A stretch of 64,000 bases of DNA, taken from the NCBI RefSeq assembly GCF_001194135.2, contig NC_069000.1, positions 47,326,414 to 47,390,413 on the forward strand. The letters are read 5' to 3'. The notes under the pieces were generated by a model. It was given only the letters and a program-made list of their open reading frames with translations, was not told the origin of the DNA and did no database searches. Of this stretch, positions 25,749 to 37,792 are shown piece after piece. This stretch comes from Octopus bimaculoides. Its lineage: Eukaryota. A program made the position numbers and the translations under genes. Numbering within the stretch: the stretch's first letter is position 1; each line of letters opens with the position of its first letter.

Positions 25749-26928
25749 CTGGAGCAGTAGAAGACTAACAATACACCACTAACCACCACCACATTTACTA
25801 ACACAGTCACTTACTCTCCCTCTCTCTCTCTCAGGATATCACTCAGTGACTGATTTGTCTGTGTAGCTCAGAGGTTAACATACAGGATTGGATGTTTGTC
25901 TACGGTTTGAGTTCAAATCACGCCGGGATCGACAAATCGTTTTACATCTAACCGAGAGCAGTTCTACCAACATATAATATCCCAGAGATATACTGAAAGG
26001 ACTGCATTCTTTAATCTGACAATATTTTAGCTTGTGTGGGTTTCTTTTCAAATAAATTAATACCTGATTAAAAATAATTATGTAGCGACGAGAAAACGTC
26101 AGCGCACCTTGTATTAATATTATTGTAAACAAGGGGCAAGTTTCGCCTTTATAAAACCTCTTCATTGAACCGAGACTCCTCTGGAGTTACGAAAGGATGA
26201 AAGTATCACAAATATAATATTGTACACGACTGTAGGCGTCGAAAGCATATTTCAAATGGAAAGGTGTAATTAAGTGAAGACTTGTTTAATCCCAGGACAA
26301 GGACACCTATAATCAAAACGCATACCAGTCGTTTATTCAACGCATCCTTCGTGTTTTTTAAGGCGTTGGCGCGTGAANNNNNNNNNNNNNNNNGGGGGGG
26401 GGGCGAGATTCCTGACATTTGGCTGCTACGTGTAGCAGGTCAAACGACTACGTCGAGGTTCGTATTGAACGTTGTCTCGCCGCAACGGCATTACAGTATT
26501 TTCATTTTTGACTGTTTAGTGAGGGAGAGGGAGGAAGCACCCAGGATATATTTTTCAGGCCTTTGAGATTAATGGGAGGAAGGGAGGAAGCTAGCCTCAA
26601 ACCAGAGCCCTAACATGAATGCTAGCAGCAGAACAGACCGCGATTAAGACAACCAACGACCAGGTGGGAGTGTTAAATAGGATGGCCTATTTGCGTCTAC
26701 TCCCTCAAGAAATTACAATACAAATTGCTGGAACAAATCTCATTTAACACTCCAACAATTCTGCTTGGGTTGGTGTTTTATTCTAAGATCTCAGAAAAGG
26801 TGAAAGATAAGGTTGGCCTCAGCAGAATTTGAACTCAAAACTGAACAAGAGCTGGAATAAAATTCTTCAAATCACTTTAGTCTATGCTCTAATGAGTCTG
26901 CCTATTCTGCCGTATAGCTATCAATACT

Positions 26929-27497
26929 TAGGTACCATGTTGTGGTACAGCTACCTTAACTAGGTGTTGTGTTGTAGTACAGATGAGTAGCCAGCCACAT
27001 TTGGTACGGTTAGCTATAATTAGGAACCTTGATTTGGTACTGTTGACTGTAAGTAGGTACCTAGCTGCAACTAGGTGCTGTGTTATGGTACTGCTACATG
27101 CAACTAGATACTTTATTTGGTACAGCTAGCAGCAACTAGGTACCCTGTGGAACATCTAAATACTATGTAATAGTACAGATAGCTATATCTAGGTACTTGG
27201 CTGTGGTATAACTATGTACAACTAGTACTGTGTTGTGGTATTTTGTGGTACGTGTTGCTTCAACAAGGTAGTTGTAGTACAGATGGCTTTAGCTAGGTAC
27301 CTTGTGATACAGCAAGCTAGCTGCAACTAGGTACCTTGTTGTCATGCAGTTAGCTACAACTAGGTACTGTGTTTTGGTACATCTAACTGCAACTGAGTAT
27401 CCTGTGGTACATCTAACTGCAACTGGTGCCATACTTTGGTACATCTAGCTACAAACAGATGTTGTGTTGTGGAACAATTATCTGCAATCTAGCACTG
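26929..27497. repeat. Degenerate ~30-33-bp minisatellite (consensus near CTAGCTGCAACTAGGTACTGTGTTGTGGTACA)
   Basis: caactaggtac and tgtggtaca recur in many diverged tandem units over ~570 bp. Confidence 0.8.
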
Positions 27498-27518
27498 GTT
27501 TAACCAATAATAAAATTT

Positions 27519-27694
27519 ATCGCTTCTCAGCCTTTTGGCTAAGATCAAAGTGTAGTATCAGTTCTTATCAGCTTAATATTTGGGGACCATCAATATTAAA
27601 CTGATTTTTAGAACGAGGCGAAGAATTAGGGGCTTGCTCCACCTTTGCCACGGGTTGGCCTGGTATAGCAGTACTTCCAGGATTCAGCCCATCT
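27519..27694 (+). pseudogene. U2: U2 snRNA copy, probably a retropseudogene with an internal deletion
   Basis: Reads ATCGCTTCTCAGCCTTTTGGCTAAGATCAAAGTGTAGTATCAGTTCTTATCAGCTTAATAT... through the Sm region CTGATTTTTAG to the 3' stems ...TGGTATAGCAGTACTTCCAGGATTCAGCCC. The branch-pairing GTAGTA is at 27552-27557. An A-rich tail and a flanking 16-bp direct repeat are present. Confidence 0.92.
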
Positions 27695-28799
27695 CCCACC
27701 CAGGAAATAAAAATAAACCAATAAGCAAATTAAACGTGTTTAGGGCAACAAGGGAAGGACAGCACAGAAATGGTAAATGGTTTACAGCACAAAAGAAATC
27801 ACTTTAAACAAACTGTTATTTGAGAGTGCCTTTCCAAATGCAGACATAACCTTTTGCATATTTTTAACATTAACAGTCACAAATGGCCCAGCTGAGCTTC
27901 CATTTCCTCAGTTGAAATGTCTTAAAACTCCCATTAGAACAACAAAGCAACAAGGCAGGTTGGACACCGATCTCTGACGAAGTAGAGCAGCAGATATGTT
28001 ACGTAAGATTAATTTTAAGGATTTGATCAGACTTTGCAATTAAAAAAAGTTGGAATTACATATATATGAGGACACCAAAATCTTTTTAAGTGCTTAAGGC
28101 CTCAATGGGTTTTAATCCAGCCCTGATATTATCATATCCACTGCTGTGAAAGAAGGTACTTGAAAGCAAAATATATAATTGACATAGATATAGAGCTACC
28201 TTTTATGTAATTCAGTTTGATTATGAAAGTAGAGCAAAGTAGAACTTAGCTACATCACACAGCACACTAACGTCTGCAGAGAGAAACACAGCACAACATT
28301 AAGATGGGAACCCATTCATCTATTAATTATATTAGAAATACTGAGTTCAATTGTTAGTTTAGACATTATTCATAGACCACTGCATCTGGATTTACATATA
28401 CATGGATGTATCTCAGACATCTGAAAAATCAGTGTGTGTGTACGAGAGAGAGAGAGACACACACACAAACATATTTATTTAAGTCAAGACATGCAAAATA
28501 AGATGATTAGGTTATGAGTGAAGTTACTGCTAGTTTGTCACATGATTACATGACTGACTAGACTATCAGATATTTGTTACACATCGCCAATCACAATGTG
28601 CTTTGCAGTGTTTCAGCCTTCAAGTGACACCAGCCTGCTAGTTAGGCAAGCAGGCCAACATTCCTCCCTGATTGAAAGGGGGGACTGGAGTAATGTGAAA
28701 TGAAGTGTCTTGCTTGAGAACAATGTGCTGCCTGGCCTGGGAATTGAACCCACAATTTAGCAATCATAAGTGCAACAGCCTAACCACCAGGTCACATAT

Positions 28800-28845
<46 letters not shown>

Positions 28846-28867
28846 CAGCAGTGTGTATATATGTATG

Positions 28868-28902
<35 letters not shown>

Positions 28903-29315
28903 CAGCAGTGTGTATATATGTANNNNNNNNNNNNNNNNNNNNNNNNNNNNNNNNNNNNNNNNNNNNNNNNNNNNNNNNNNNNNNNNNNNNNNNNNNNNNN
29001 NNNNNNNNNNNNNNNNNNNNNNNNNNNNNNNNNNNNNNNNNNNNNNNNNNNNNNNNNNNNNNNNNNNNNNNNNNNNNNNNNNNNNNNNNNNNNNNNNNNN
29101 NNNNNNNNNNNNNNNNNNNNNNNNNNNNNNNNNNNNNNNNNNNNNNNNNNNNNNNNNNNNNNNNNNNNNNNNNNNNNNNNNNNNNNNNNNNNNNNNNNNN
29201 NNNNNNNNNNNNNNNNNNNNNNNNNNNNNNNNNNNNNNNNNNNNNNNNNNNNNNNNNNNNNNNNNNNNNNNNNNNNNNNNNNNNNNNNNNNNNNNNNNNN
29301 NNNNNNNNNNNNNNN

Positions 29316-29394
29316 CCCACCTCTGCCTCCCCATGCCCACCTCAGCCTCCCCATGCCCACCTCTGCCTCCCCATGCCCACCTCAGCCTCCCCAT
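29316..29394. repeat. 20-bp GC-rich minisatellite (CCCACCTCWGCCTCCCCATG)n running into a gap
   Basis: Four visible units directly after a ~390-N gap, so the array is probably longer. Confidence 0.85.
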
Positions 29395-29433
29395 ATTCTT
29401 ATGAATGAAGTAAGTAAAAGATGAAAGATATAT

Positions 29434-29610
29434 ATCATCATCATCATTGTTTAACGTCCGTTTTCCATGCTGGCGTGGGTTGGACAGTTTGACTGAGGTC
29501 TGGAGAGCCACCGGCTGCACCAGGCTCCAATCTGATTTGGCAGAGTTTCTACAGCTGGATGCCCTTCCTAACACCAACCACTCTGAGAGTGTAGTGGGTG
29601 CTTATAACAT
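29434..29610 (-). mobile_element. RTE-type LINE/SINE 3' end
   Basis: (CAT)n + tttaacgtccgttttccatgctggcgtgggttgg...ctacagctggatgcccttcct. A near-identical copy lies at 53298-53480. Confidence 0.8.
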
Positions 29611-29899
29611 GTCACCGGCATATGTATATATAAATATATATACATACGAAGCATCATATGTATATATAATGTATGTTGGCTCCACCAACATGGACTGCTC
29701 CCGAGACTCCTCTGGTTGTTGACGCTCCATGATGTTCCAATGACAAGCATTGAAATGGTGGAGAGGAAGATAAATGAATAAATCTGAAGATGACTAGGAG
29801 TTCCTCCAAGTTTCACATCAATAGGTCCTTACATAAGATCAGGACAGCTACAACTTCCCCTGTCATGTGTTGTGGAGTAAATTAAAGTAACAAAATGTA

Positions 29900-30110
29900 A
29901 TGTTGTAATGATGTACAGAGACTCCAAGGACGAGCTTGTCAAACATGCAGGTATTACCACAAGGTCTGGGTGAAAGTGGGTAGCTAACACCGCTGTCGCT
30001 CAGACTTAAGGGATGCTGGAGCTATGTGACATCATTAGAGCTACATGCAAGGGTTGCCAGGGTCTTGGGTCTTCCTATTTCCAACAATGGAAGAAAGCAG
30101 ACACCAGTGT
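29900..30110 (+). mobile_element. Non-LTR retrotransposon remnant, Hero/R2-like post-RT region
   Basis: Translates YRDSKDELVKHAGITTRSG*KWVANTAVAQT*GMLELCDIIRATCKGCQGLGSS. This resembles the GRKW...aV...GRxGLG segment of RLE-type LINEs. Family assignment is from recall. Confidence 0.45.
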
Positions 30111-30299
30111 GATAGAGGGACAGGGAGGAGAGGAGCAAATGGATAGAGATGGGGACAGAGGGAATGCAGTGAGTGGTGAACCTGGGTGGAAGATGGTCAA
30201 TCATGAATATGAATAAATATATCTAATCCATAGCAGCAAGGAAAAACAGATGTTAAATGATGATGATATATGTATGTCACTTTGATGAATGAGAGTTCA

Positions 30300-31000
30300 G
30301 TTAGACAAAGTGTTCTCAGTTTAATGTTTTGCCATTTGGCCTCCTGTGGGAATACAAAGCTACCCAAGATTTGCAGATCTGGTTGCAGACATTGCAATAG
30401 TAGTCTCCGTCATTTAGGGGTAGATAGGACACTGCTCGACACTGGGTGGTTTCCTCCTTCAGGGTGTAGATCATGGCTGCCTCAAAGTCAGAGATGCCTT
30501 CGTAGCAAGAACTTCACCCCTGGGTTCCATTCAGTGCTTCCAATTCCCAGGTCCTCACAATTATTTTACAGGTTTTCAATCACAGTAAAAGACTTGCAGG
30601 CAGAGGATCCTGCCTTATTCCATCGCTAAATATAAGAATCAATGGCAGTAACAATTCCCTGTTGGTGTTTTGGTCTCTTCAACCACAACACCAGAACTAC
30701 CTGCCTGGGGCTAACCACTGATGAACATAATGAAATAACTGGACAACAGAACAAAATTGGTTTCATCACATATCACTCATCCTGATATCTCTGTCAACCT
30801 TAATGTTTTATCCTATTGAACAAACCTTTTCAATCACCGTCTCTTTTCAGCTAAATATATTGGCTCCCTTTATCTGCAGCTTACAACAATGGTGTATCCT
30901 TTTCTTTGCAGCTAATCCAAGGGTCCTGGGCAGTGAGTGGACCCTGGTTACAACAAATCTTCTGTCACCTACACAAGAAGACTTAGTTACCTTCCCATCC
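30300..31000 (-). mobile_element. RTE-clade LINE C-terminal fragment
   Basis: Minus strand ends in DGDYYCNVCNQICKSWVALYSHRR, matching the CxxCxxxCxSRIGLxSHxR zinc motif at the end of RTE ORFs. Upstream sequence is degenerate. Confidence 0.6.
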
Positions 31001-32690
31001 AGTATTTTCACACAAAGTTCATCAAACTCACTGCTATCTTCTGGCTTTGTGTCAAATGCATCACTGATGTTCACCTCCCAGGAGACTATCAGCTCGACTG
31101 TTTCTTCCCACCTTCATTTCCTTTCATCATATGATGAGATATTTTCACTTTAGAAAGGGAGAAAGCATTATTTACCATCATGGCTACCTCAAAGTCAGAG
31201 ATGCCTTCATAGCAAGAACTTCACCACTGTTATGTTCCCTCCTTTTCTGGATTAGTCTTCTTTCTCAAACTTTATTCCTCAATATTTCTAGTCTCTCACC
31301 ATTATTGATTCTCTTTAGCCTCTCGTCTGCTACATTATCCACTAGTCTTAGTATTCTCAACACTTGATTTTGCTGTCATGTATATCTTGTGGACAACTGA
31401 AAAATATGTCTCTTTCCACATATGCACAAGCCACTTACATCTATTTTCCAACATTTTGTAGGACTAGGAAGCATGTTGTACATGGAGCAAACCAAAAGAG
31501 AAAAAAGTTCTGGTCATCTCCCACGACCAAAGTTCCCTCTATCCTATTTGCTGCTATGACCAAGCAACACTGTCTCTGTCAACTACATTGCGCCCAGATG
31601 TAAAGGGTTCAACATGATCCAATGAACCAGAAGACTGTGCCAAGCTCCAATGCTTGATTTGGCCTGGTTTCTATGGTTGGATGCCCTTCCTAATGCCAAC
31701 TACATTACAGAGTGTCCAATGTGCTTTTCTGTGGAATTGGTACTATTCAGGTTGCTCAGTAACTCAAAAGAGAAGACTGCTTTAACTGAGAGGATGGAGT
31801 GAGTGGAGTAATGAAGGAAGTGGTTTTATGCCAGGTGTTGAGAGGTTTAAACATGATAAAGGGACAGCACTATCATCATCATTGTTTTAATGTCCCCTTT
31901 TCTATGGTCACATAGGTTGGACAAAATTTGCTGAGGCAGATTTTCAATGGCTGGATGCCTGTCACCATTCCGCACCTGTTTCCAGTCCAGGTAATATTTT
32001 CCCATCACCAGATGTGTTTCTACAGAAGACAGGAAGCAAAGGACACTGCATGCATCACAATGACATTCATTTACATCAAATGAATTGACAGAATTATATA
32101 CAAACATATATTTATACTTTATACACTTTCCTTCTTATATAATACCAGCACAATGTCTTTTCCAAGATGTTGTGTCTTGTCTAAGTGTATTTTGGTTAGC
32201 AGCACCATATTTTAGCCCTACGATCTTGTTATTAGGTCCAAAACTGTGACCTCACTAATTCCTTCCAATTTCTGATTCCTCTACATCCCAAACCTCTCCA
32301 CTTTATCCCAAACTGTAACCTCAGTACTACACCCTAAACTATCACTTTTCAGCTCCTCCTTCCACCTCAATGTCTAGCTATATACACCCTCTCAGCTCCT
32401 CCTTACATCAACCCCAATTCAAGAATCTACCTTTCAGTCCCATCTAAATTCCAATATGGTGACAGTCTTTCATTCCTTTGTATAACAAAATAATTTCTTG
32501 TAATCAGTCTTTCTTAACAAACTTCATCAACATCCTCCAAAGTCAACATTTCATACACAGCAAAAGAATACAAGTCATTGTTCTGCAGTTACAAATCTTC
32601 TCCACAACCAGACGACATCACAGTACAAGTCTCATCATTTCTACAGAGAAAGGCACAACACATCTCTAACCTTCTTCTCTCCAACCTCAA

Positions 32691-33189
32691 ACCAAATTGT
32701 TGAGATACATTTTATATTAAAAAAAAAGGGTGGGGGAGTGTCCTCAACTTGGTTGACACAATAAGCACTATGCAGGGATCAACTTCATTCTGTTATTTAT
32801 AATTCCAGCCTCCTGCACATTAATCATATTACCTGGATATTTTTAAGATCCCCAACCACTCTACAGCCTTCATTAAAGACCAATCAAATCATTAGTAATC
32901 TCAATACATTTGTTCATCTCCCATAAATTTCAGTTTTTTGTATCCAGTTTTTACTGTGAAGCACTGAAGTCCTGCATAATATAGTCTTTCACACTGAAGC
33001 AAGTCACTTCCTGCTGTTATACACCGCCCACTCCTAACACATTACACTTAGTTGTATTAACTTTCAAATTTACACTCACAGAATCTGAATGAGGACCAAA
33101 TTGTTGAGATACATTTTATAAACATAAACGGTGGGGAAGTGTCCTCAGTTGACACAATAAGTACAAGGCTCAGGCAGGGATCAACTTCA
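32691..33189. repeat. ~95-bp dispersed direct duplication (32691-32787 and 33095-33189)
   Basis: Both copies read accaaattgttgagatacattttata...gagtgtcctca...ttgacacaataag...gcagggatcaacttca. Confidence 0.85.
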
Positions 33190-35344
33190 CAGAAATTCTT
33201 TATGAGGCTTGGCCTATCGTCACCAGCACCACCCAATGTTTGGGCAGCTTTGATTAGAGTTCATTCTGTTGCAAGCATTCATTCAAACCTCTGTTTGCCT
33301 CTGCAGCAGCATTTTACCTGCAGATTTTGAGGTTGGATGTTAACCAAACCAATGAGCATGGAGGCCTACAAAGGCCATTAACATTTCACTTCCTCCTCTA
33401 ACTTGTAAAATAAAAGAAGGGTCCCTAATCGATTTTATCAATGGTTCCAAGTTCCTCAGCTAAAGTTTTCATGAGCCACCATAAATGTTAGAATTTCCAC
33501 ATATTTCTCTGGATTGACAATGACAAGTTGTTTCTTAACCAAAATATTCCTTGTAGTTTTGTCCCCAGAAATATAATACAAGTGGTCCCACATCTTCATA
33601 TAAATTCAAGCCACATTAAATCACCCACTCTCACTTTGTCATTTTGTTTCTACCCCCTTCGACTTCATCCCTCAATTAGATACGTTAGTAAACTCTCTTC
33701 CTTCCATTTATATTCATCGAATGATGGAGTGGAATGATTTTTAAATATTGATCACCTAAATGAGTAACTGCAGCATTAATTCACCTTATGACAGAACTTT
33801 TCAGATCTCAGTTCAGTCACTAACCTTGAATGTGCAAACAGTCCTTAATATTATAGGCTCTTGTTGCAGCCACAGTAAGGAAAGGCTCTCCTTATGCTGC
33901 ATGCAGTCAGTAACTTCTAGAAAATGCAAGGGTCCTTTATAAATATCAGGGACTCTGCTACAACCCCCACAAACATCCTACATCATATCTAATAAGCCAA
34001 CGCTCTGTAGACTCCTGAAGGCCCATGAGCTAAGTTTAAAAGTTGTTGAGTAAAACCTTTCCAAAACTGTGGGACACTTCATTTAAATAAAAAGAGGATC
34101 ATTGGTAAAGAAAAGTTTGGGAGACACTGGCTTATGTGGTCACTGAACCTGTTAGAAATAGCTAAACTCACTCCAATCATGTCATACTTTCTTTTAAAAA
34201 ATGGCACATCAGAGACTGTAGTCCAAAATTCACAAAAAGATGGGATGGCCATAGTTGAAAAGCCTTTAATTACAACAACTAATTAATATTCAACTTACAC
34301 ATATAAAACAAGTCACAGACACAACTACTATGCTCTCTGCCATAGCGACAAACCACTCCTTTCACATCCAGAAGGTCAGACTGAGCACCAACAACAGCTT
34401 CACTCGTCTGCAATCACTTGTAAGGTAGTGATACATCTAGGATTCTGCGAGACCAAGGGTCTCCAATACTATTTCTGGACACATTCCTTCGTGAAAATAC
34501 TTTGCTTTCTCTTCAGTACAAACAACACATGTTACCTTCCGGGATCGGATAGTTTTTCTTAAACACAGACATTTGTATATCTTATTCAGCTCACTCAGTC
34601 GTAAATGAGTACAAGTCGAGTGCTGGTTGCAGCCTTCACTCACCCTCCAGCTGTCACATCGTCGATATTCTGCTGGGTCAAGGGCAGAAGGGCCGAGATG
34701 GTGAGTCTACATAGGCACCTAAAGCAGTCAGCGAAAGCATGGTACATGCCACAAGCTCTGCTATACTTTTTAGCTTTATGTAGATTTTTATACATGGAAT
34801 GTGTGTGCTTTTCTTTTTTTACGACTCAGTAGCTGAATAGCTTTCCCATTTCTAACCACTCAACTGGAAAATACGAGATAAATAGTATCAACTAAAATGT
34901 CTGATAAACGTAAGAGTTAACTTAGGAGCACAAAACGGTGACGATATCAAGGTTAGAACTCTTGACTGTCTGGTCAGTGGCACAGTTCAATAACCTTCCA
35001 ACCATCGTGCCTTCACCGTAACAGATGAGCCGGGGAAGAGGCGATATATAGACCGGCATGCTGAAAACCAAATATTCCACAAAATATACATGAACACTCG
35101 CGTGTGTGTGTGTGTGTGTATGTTATGTCAATATACATATTATATATATCTATATATATAATATGTATATTGACATAACATACACACACACNNNNNNNNN
35201 NNNNNNNNNNNNNNNNNNNNNNNNNNNNNNNNNNNNNNNNNNNNNNNNNNNNNNNNNNNNNNNNNNNNNNNNNNNNNNNNNNNNNNNNNNNNNNNNNNNN
35301 NNNNNNNNNNNNNNNNNNNNNNNNNNNNNNNNNNNNNNNNNNNN

Positions 35345-35376
<32 letters not shown>

Positions 35377-36769
35377 CCACACACTCGTGGCATTTTTAGA
35401 GGCAATATATATAAGAATAAAAGGATATACATAACACTGCGTGTGCACATGGGTACACGCGCTATACATAAACGTACACTACGTGAGTGTGTGTATGCGT
35501 GTAGATGAGGGAGAGGCCCACTGTAGTGTCAATATTGTGTAACAGTGAACAAATGAATGTGTATACAAGCGTGGGTGTGTGTGTGCAAACTGTTTTTCTA
35601 TGTCTAAATACAATCGTTGTTTAACCCTCGGTCAGGCATGATCGGCTACACCTTGCATCAAATACCTTTCAATCATGACCAGTACGTCTTATATTCATTC
35701 AGACGATCGGGCGGGATTATAGAAAGATTAGGCTGTAATTTCTAGCAGGTTGGGCGACCCCGTAAAGGTTCCCACATTGTTGTTTCAGTCAGTTGACTGC
35801 AGCCATGCTGGAGCACTGCCTATATATATATGTGTGTGTGTATGAGTTATAGTATATACGGGTGTAAATGACTGAAGTGTTTATGTGTATGAGAAAGAAT
35901 GTGTGTAGGATTTTGTATACGTATATGCGTGTGTGATTGAGTAAGATCAAATAAATGCGTGTGCGTGCATGTATAGGTGTGTGTATGCATGCGTGTGCAT
36001 GTGTATTTGTGAATACGTGTGCTAGTGTGTTTATGTGTAGCAAATGTGTGCACGTGTGAAAGGCTTCGCGTGTGCTTGTATATATGTGTATATATGGTTT
36101 AGTAAATACGTGTGCTCTTTATTACTTGTGCGTAAGCATGTGTAAATGAGTGTACGACTGAGAACATGTGCTTATGTCTACATATTTATGTGTATCTGGG
36201 ATTATATGTGTTATGTATGTGTATTTGTTATATGTGAGTGAAGCTACACACTCATACTCACTCTCAGGTTGGTTTGAAGTGAGACTCTGCCAGCAGGCCG
36301 CTGCCTGTCGAAGTGAAGTGTTGTAGAGAAATTTCAAGTCGAACCCACCTTAACCGTTCTTGGCACCAAACGGAGTGTCTTTTACTGGAGCACGGGTGAT
36401 GATGGAACAAGGTGGGGTAGGTTGAGTTCCGAATAGAACCACAACCACAACAACAACACGATCAGGAAGAATTCCAGGACGAAGAGACAGACACACGTTG
36501 ACGACGACGACGATGATGAAGGTGAAGCTCCGAGTTTATATATATATATATATAATATATATATATATAGGCACTGTCGGTGGGGTTGGTCAGGAGGAAG
36601 GTATCCAAGTGGTTCGTCGTCCAGAGGTATGTGGTGCCATGTGGGCGGTGCTAACCATTTGAATTGCAATTATGAGACATTTGGTGACAGATCTTCTAAA
36701 TAAATAATAATGGTAGAAATAGTAGTTGTGCTGATAATATTAATACTGCTCATGTGAAGTAAGATGATG

Positions 36770-37545
36770 GCAGAGATGTGATGTGTGTGTTGTGAAGAGC
36801 ATGAGAGGAAAACTGTGGTAGTTAGACCGACATGAGATAGAGAGATGGGGAGAGGGCAGACTGACGAACGGACAGGGTGAGAGGAAGGAATAGAAAACGA
36901 GGGGGAAAGACAGATGGAGAAGAGGTGAGATGGTGAAACTCTGAGGGAGAGAGAGGAAAGCGAAGGAGACAGTACAGGGATGGATAATAAAGTGAGAAAA
37001 TAGAGAGGGGGAAACAGTGGCAGACAGCGAGGGGGGGGGGATGAAGAAGAGGAAAGAGGGAGAGGAGAAAAGAAGAAAAAAGGGTGATAATGAAATAGAG
37101 ATAAAGTAGAGAAAGATAAAGTGAGATAATATTGAAAGAAAGTGAGAGGGCGATGTTATAGAGAGAGGGTAGAGATTGAAAGAGAGAAGGAAAGAATATG
37201 GGGTGAAAAAAAAGGGGTAGAAAGTGAGTGGAGGAAGAAAGAGAAAGATAAACAATGAAGAGTGGAGGAGGAGCAATGAAGTAGAGAGGGGAATAGAAGG
37301 GTGAAAGGAAGAGTCGCAGTAAGAAAATAAGTGTGTGAAAGAGAGAATAGAGAGTGTCAAAGAGTGACAGAGAGAGGGAGAGATTGTGACAGATACGTGA
37401 GAGAGAGAGAGAGAGCGATCAGAGAGAGTGAGTGTGTGAATGAGAGAAGTATTAGAGAGAAAAAAGAAGAGTGTGCACGAGAACGATAAAGGAGGAAAGA
37501 AGTATATGTCAAAGAGAAAGAGAGAGAGGAGGGAGACGGGGGTAG
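36770..37545 (+). repeat. Long non-periodic polypurine (GA-rich) tract; a second one at 38270-38780
   Basis: Plus strand is overwhelmingly A/G for ~780 bp. This explains the spurious S/L/F-rich 334-aa minus-strand ORF. Confidence 0.9.
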
Positions 37546-37759
37546 GATGTCGGCTAGAACGAACATTATCATCATTAGCATCATTGCTATCACCATCGTC
37601 ATCATCATCATGGTGATGATGTTTGGTACGGCTGCCGCCGAATGGAAGTTGGAGTTTTAGCCAGGTGAGGAAGATGGCTGGCAACCTTCGACTCCATCTA
37701 GACTTTATAAGTTCGGGACATAACATAAAACTATGAGCTGACATTTTCTACACACTTGC

Positions 37760-37792
<33 letters not shown>

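Noticed and set aside
25860-25935. tRNA gene
   Set aside because: Has A/B-box-like motifs but no full cloverleaf, and continues into SINE body sequence. It is a tRNA-derived SINE head.
26929-27497. CRISPR-like array
   Set aside because: Eukaryotic context, degenerate tandem units without unique spacers, and no cas genes.
36740-37744. 334-aa minus-strand ORF
   Set aside because: Low-complexity S/L/F/P sequence arising from a CT-rich strand that lacks stop codons.
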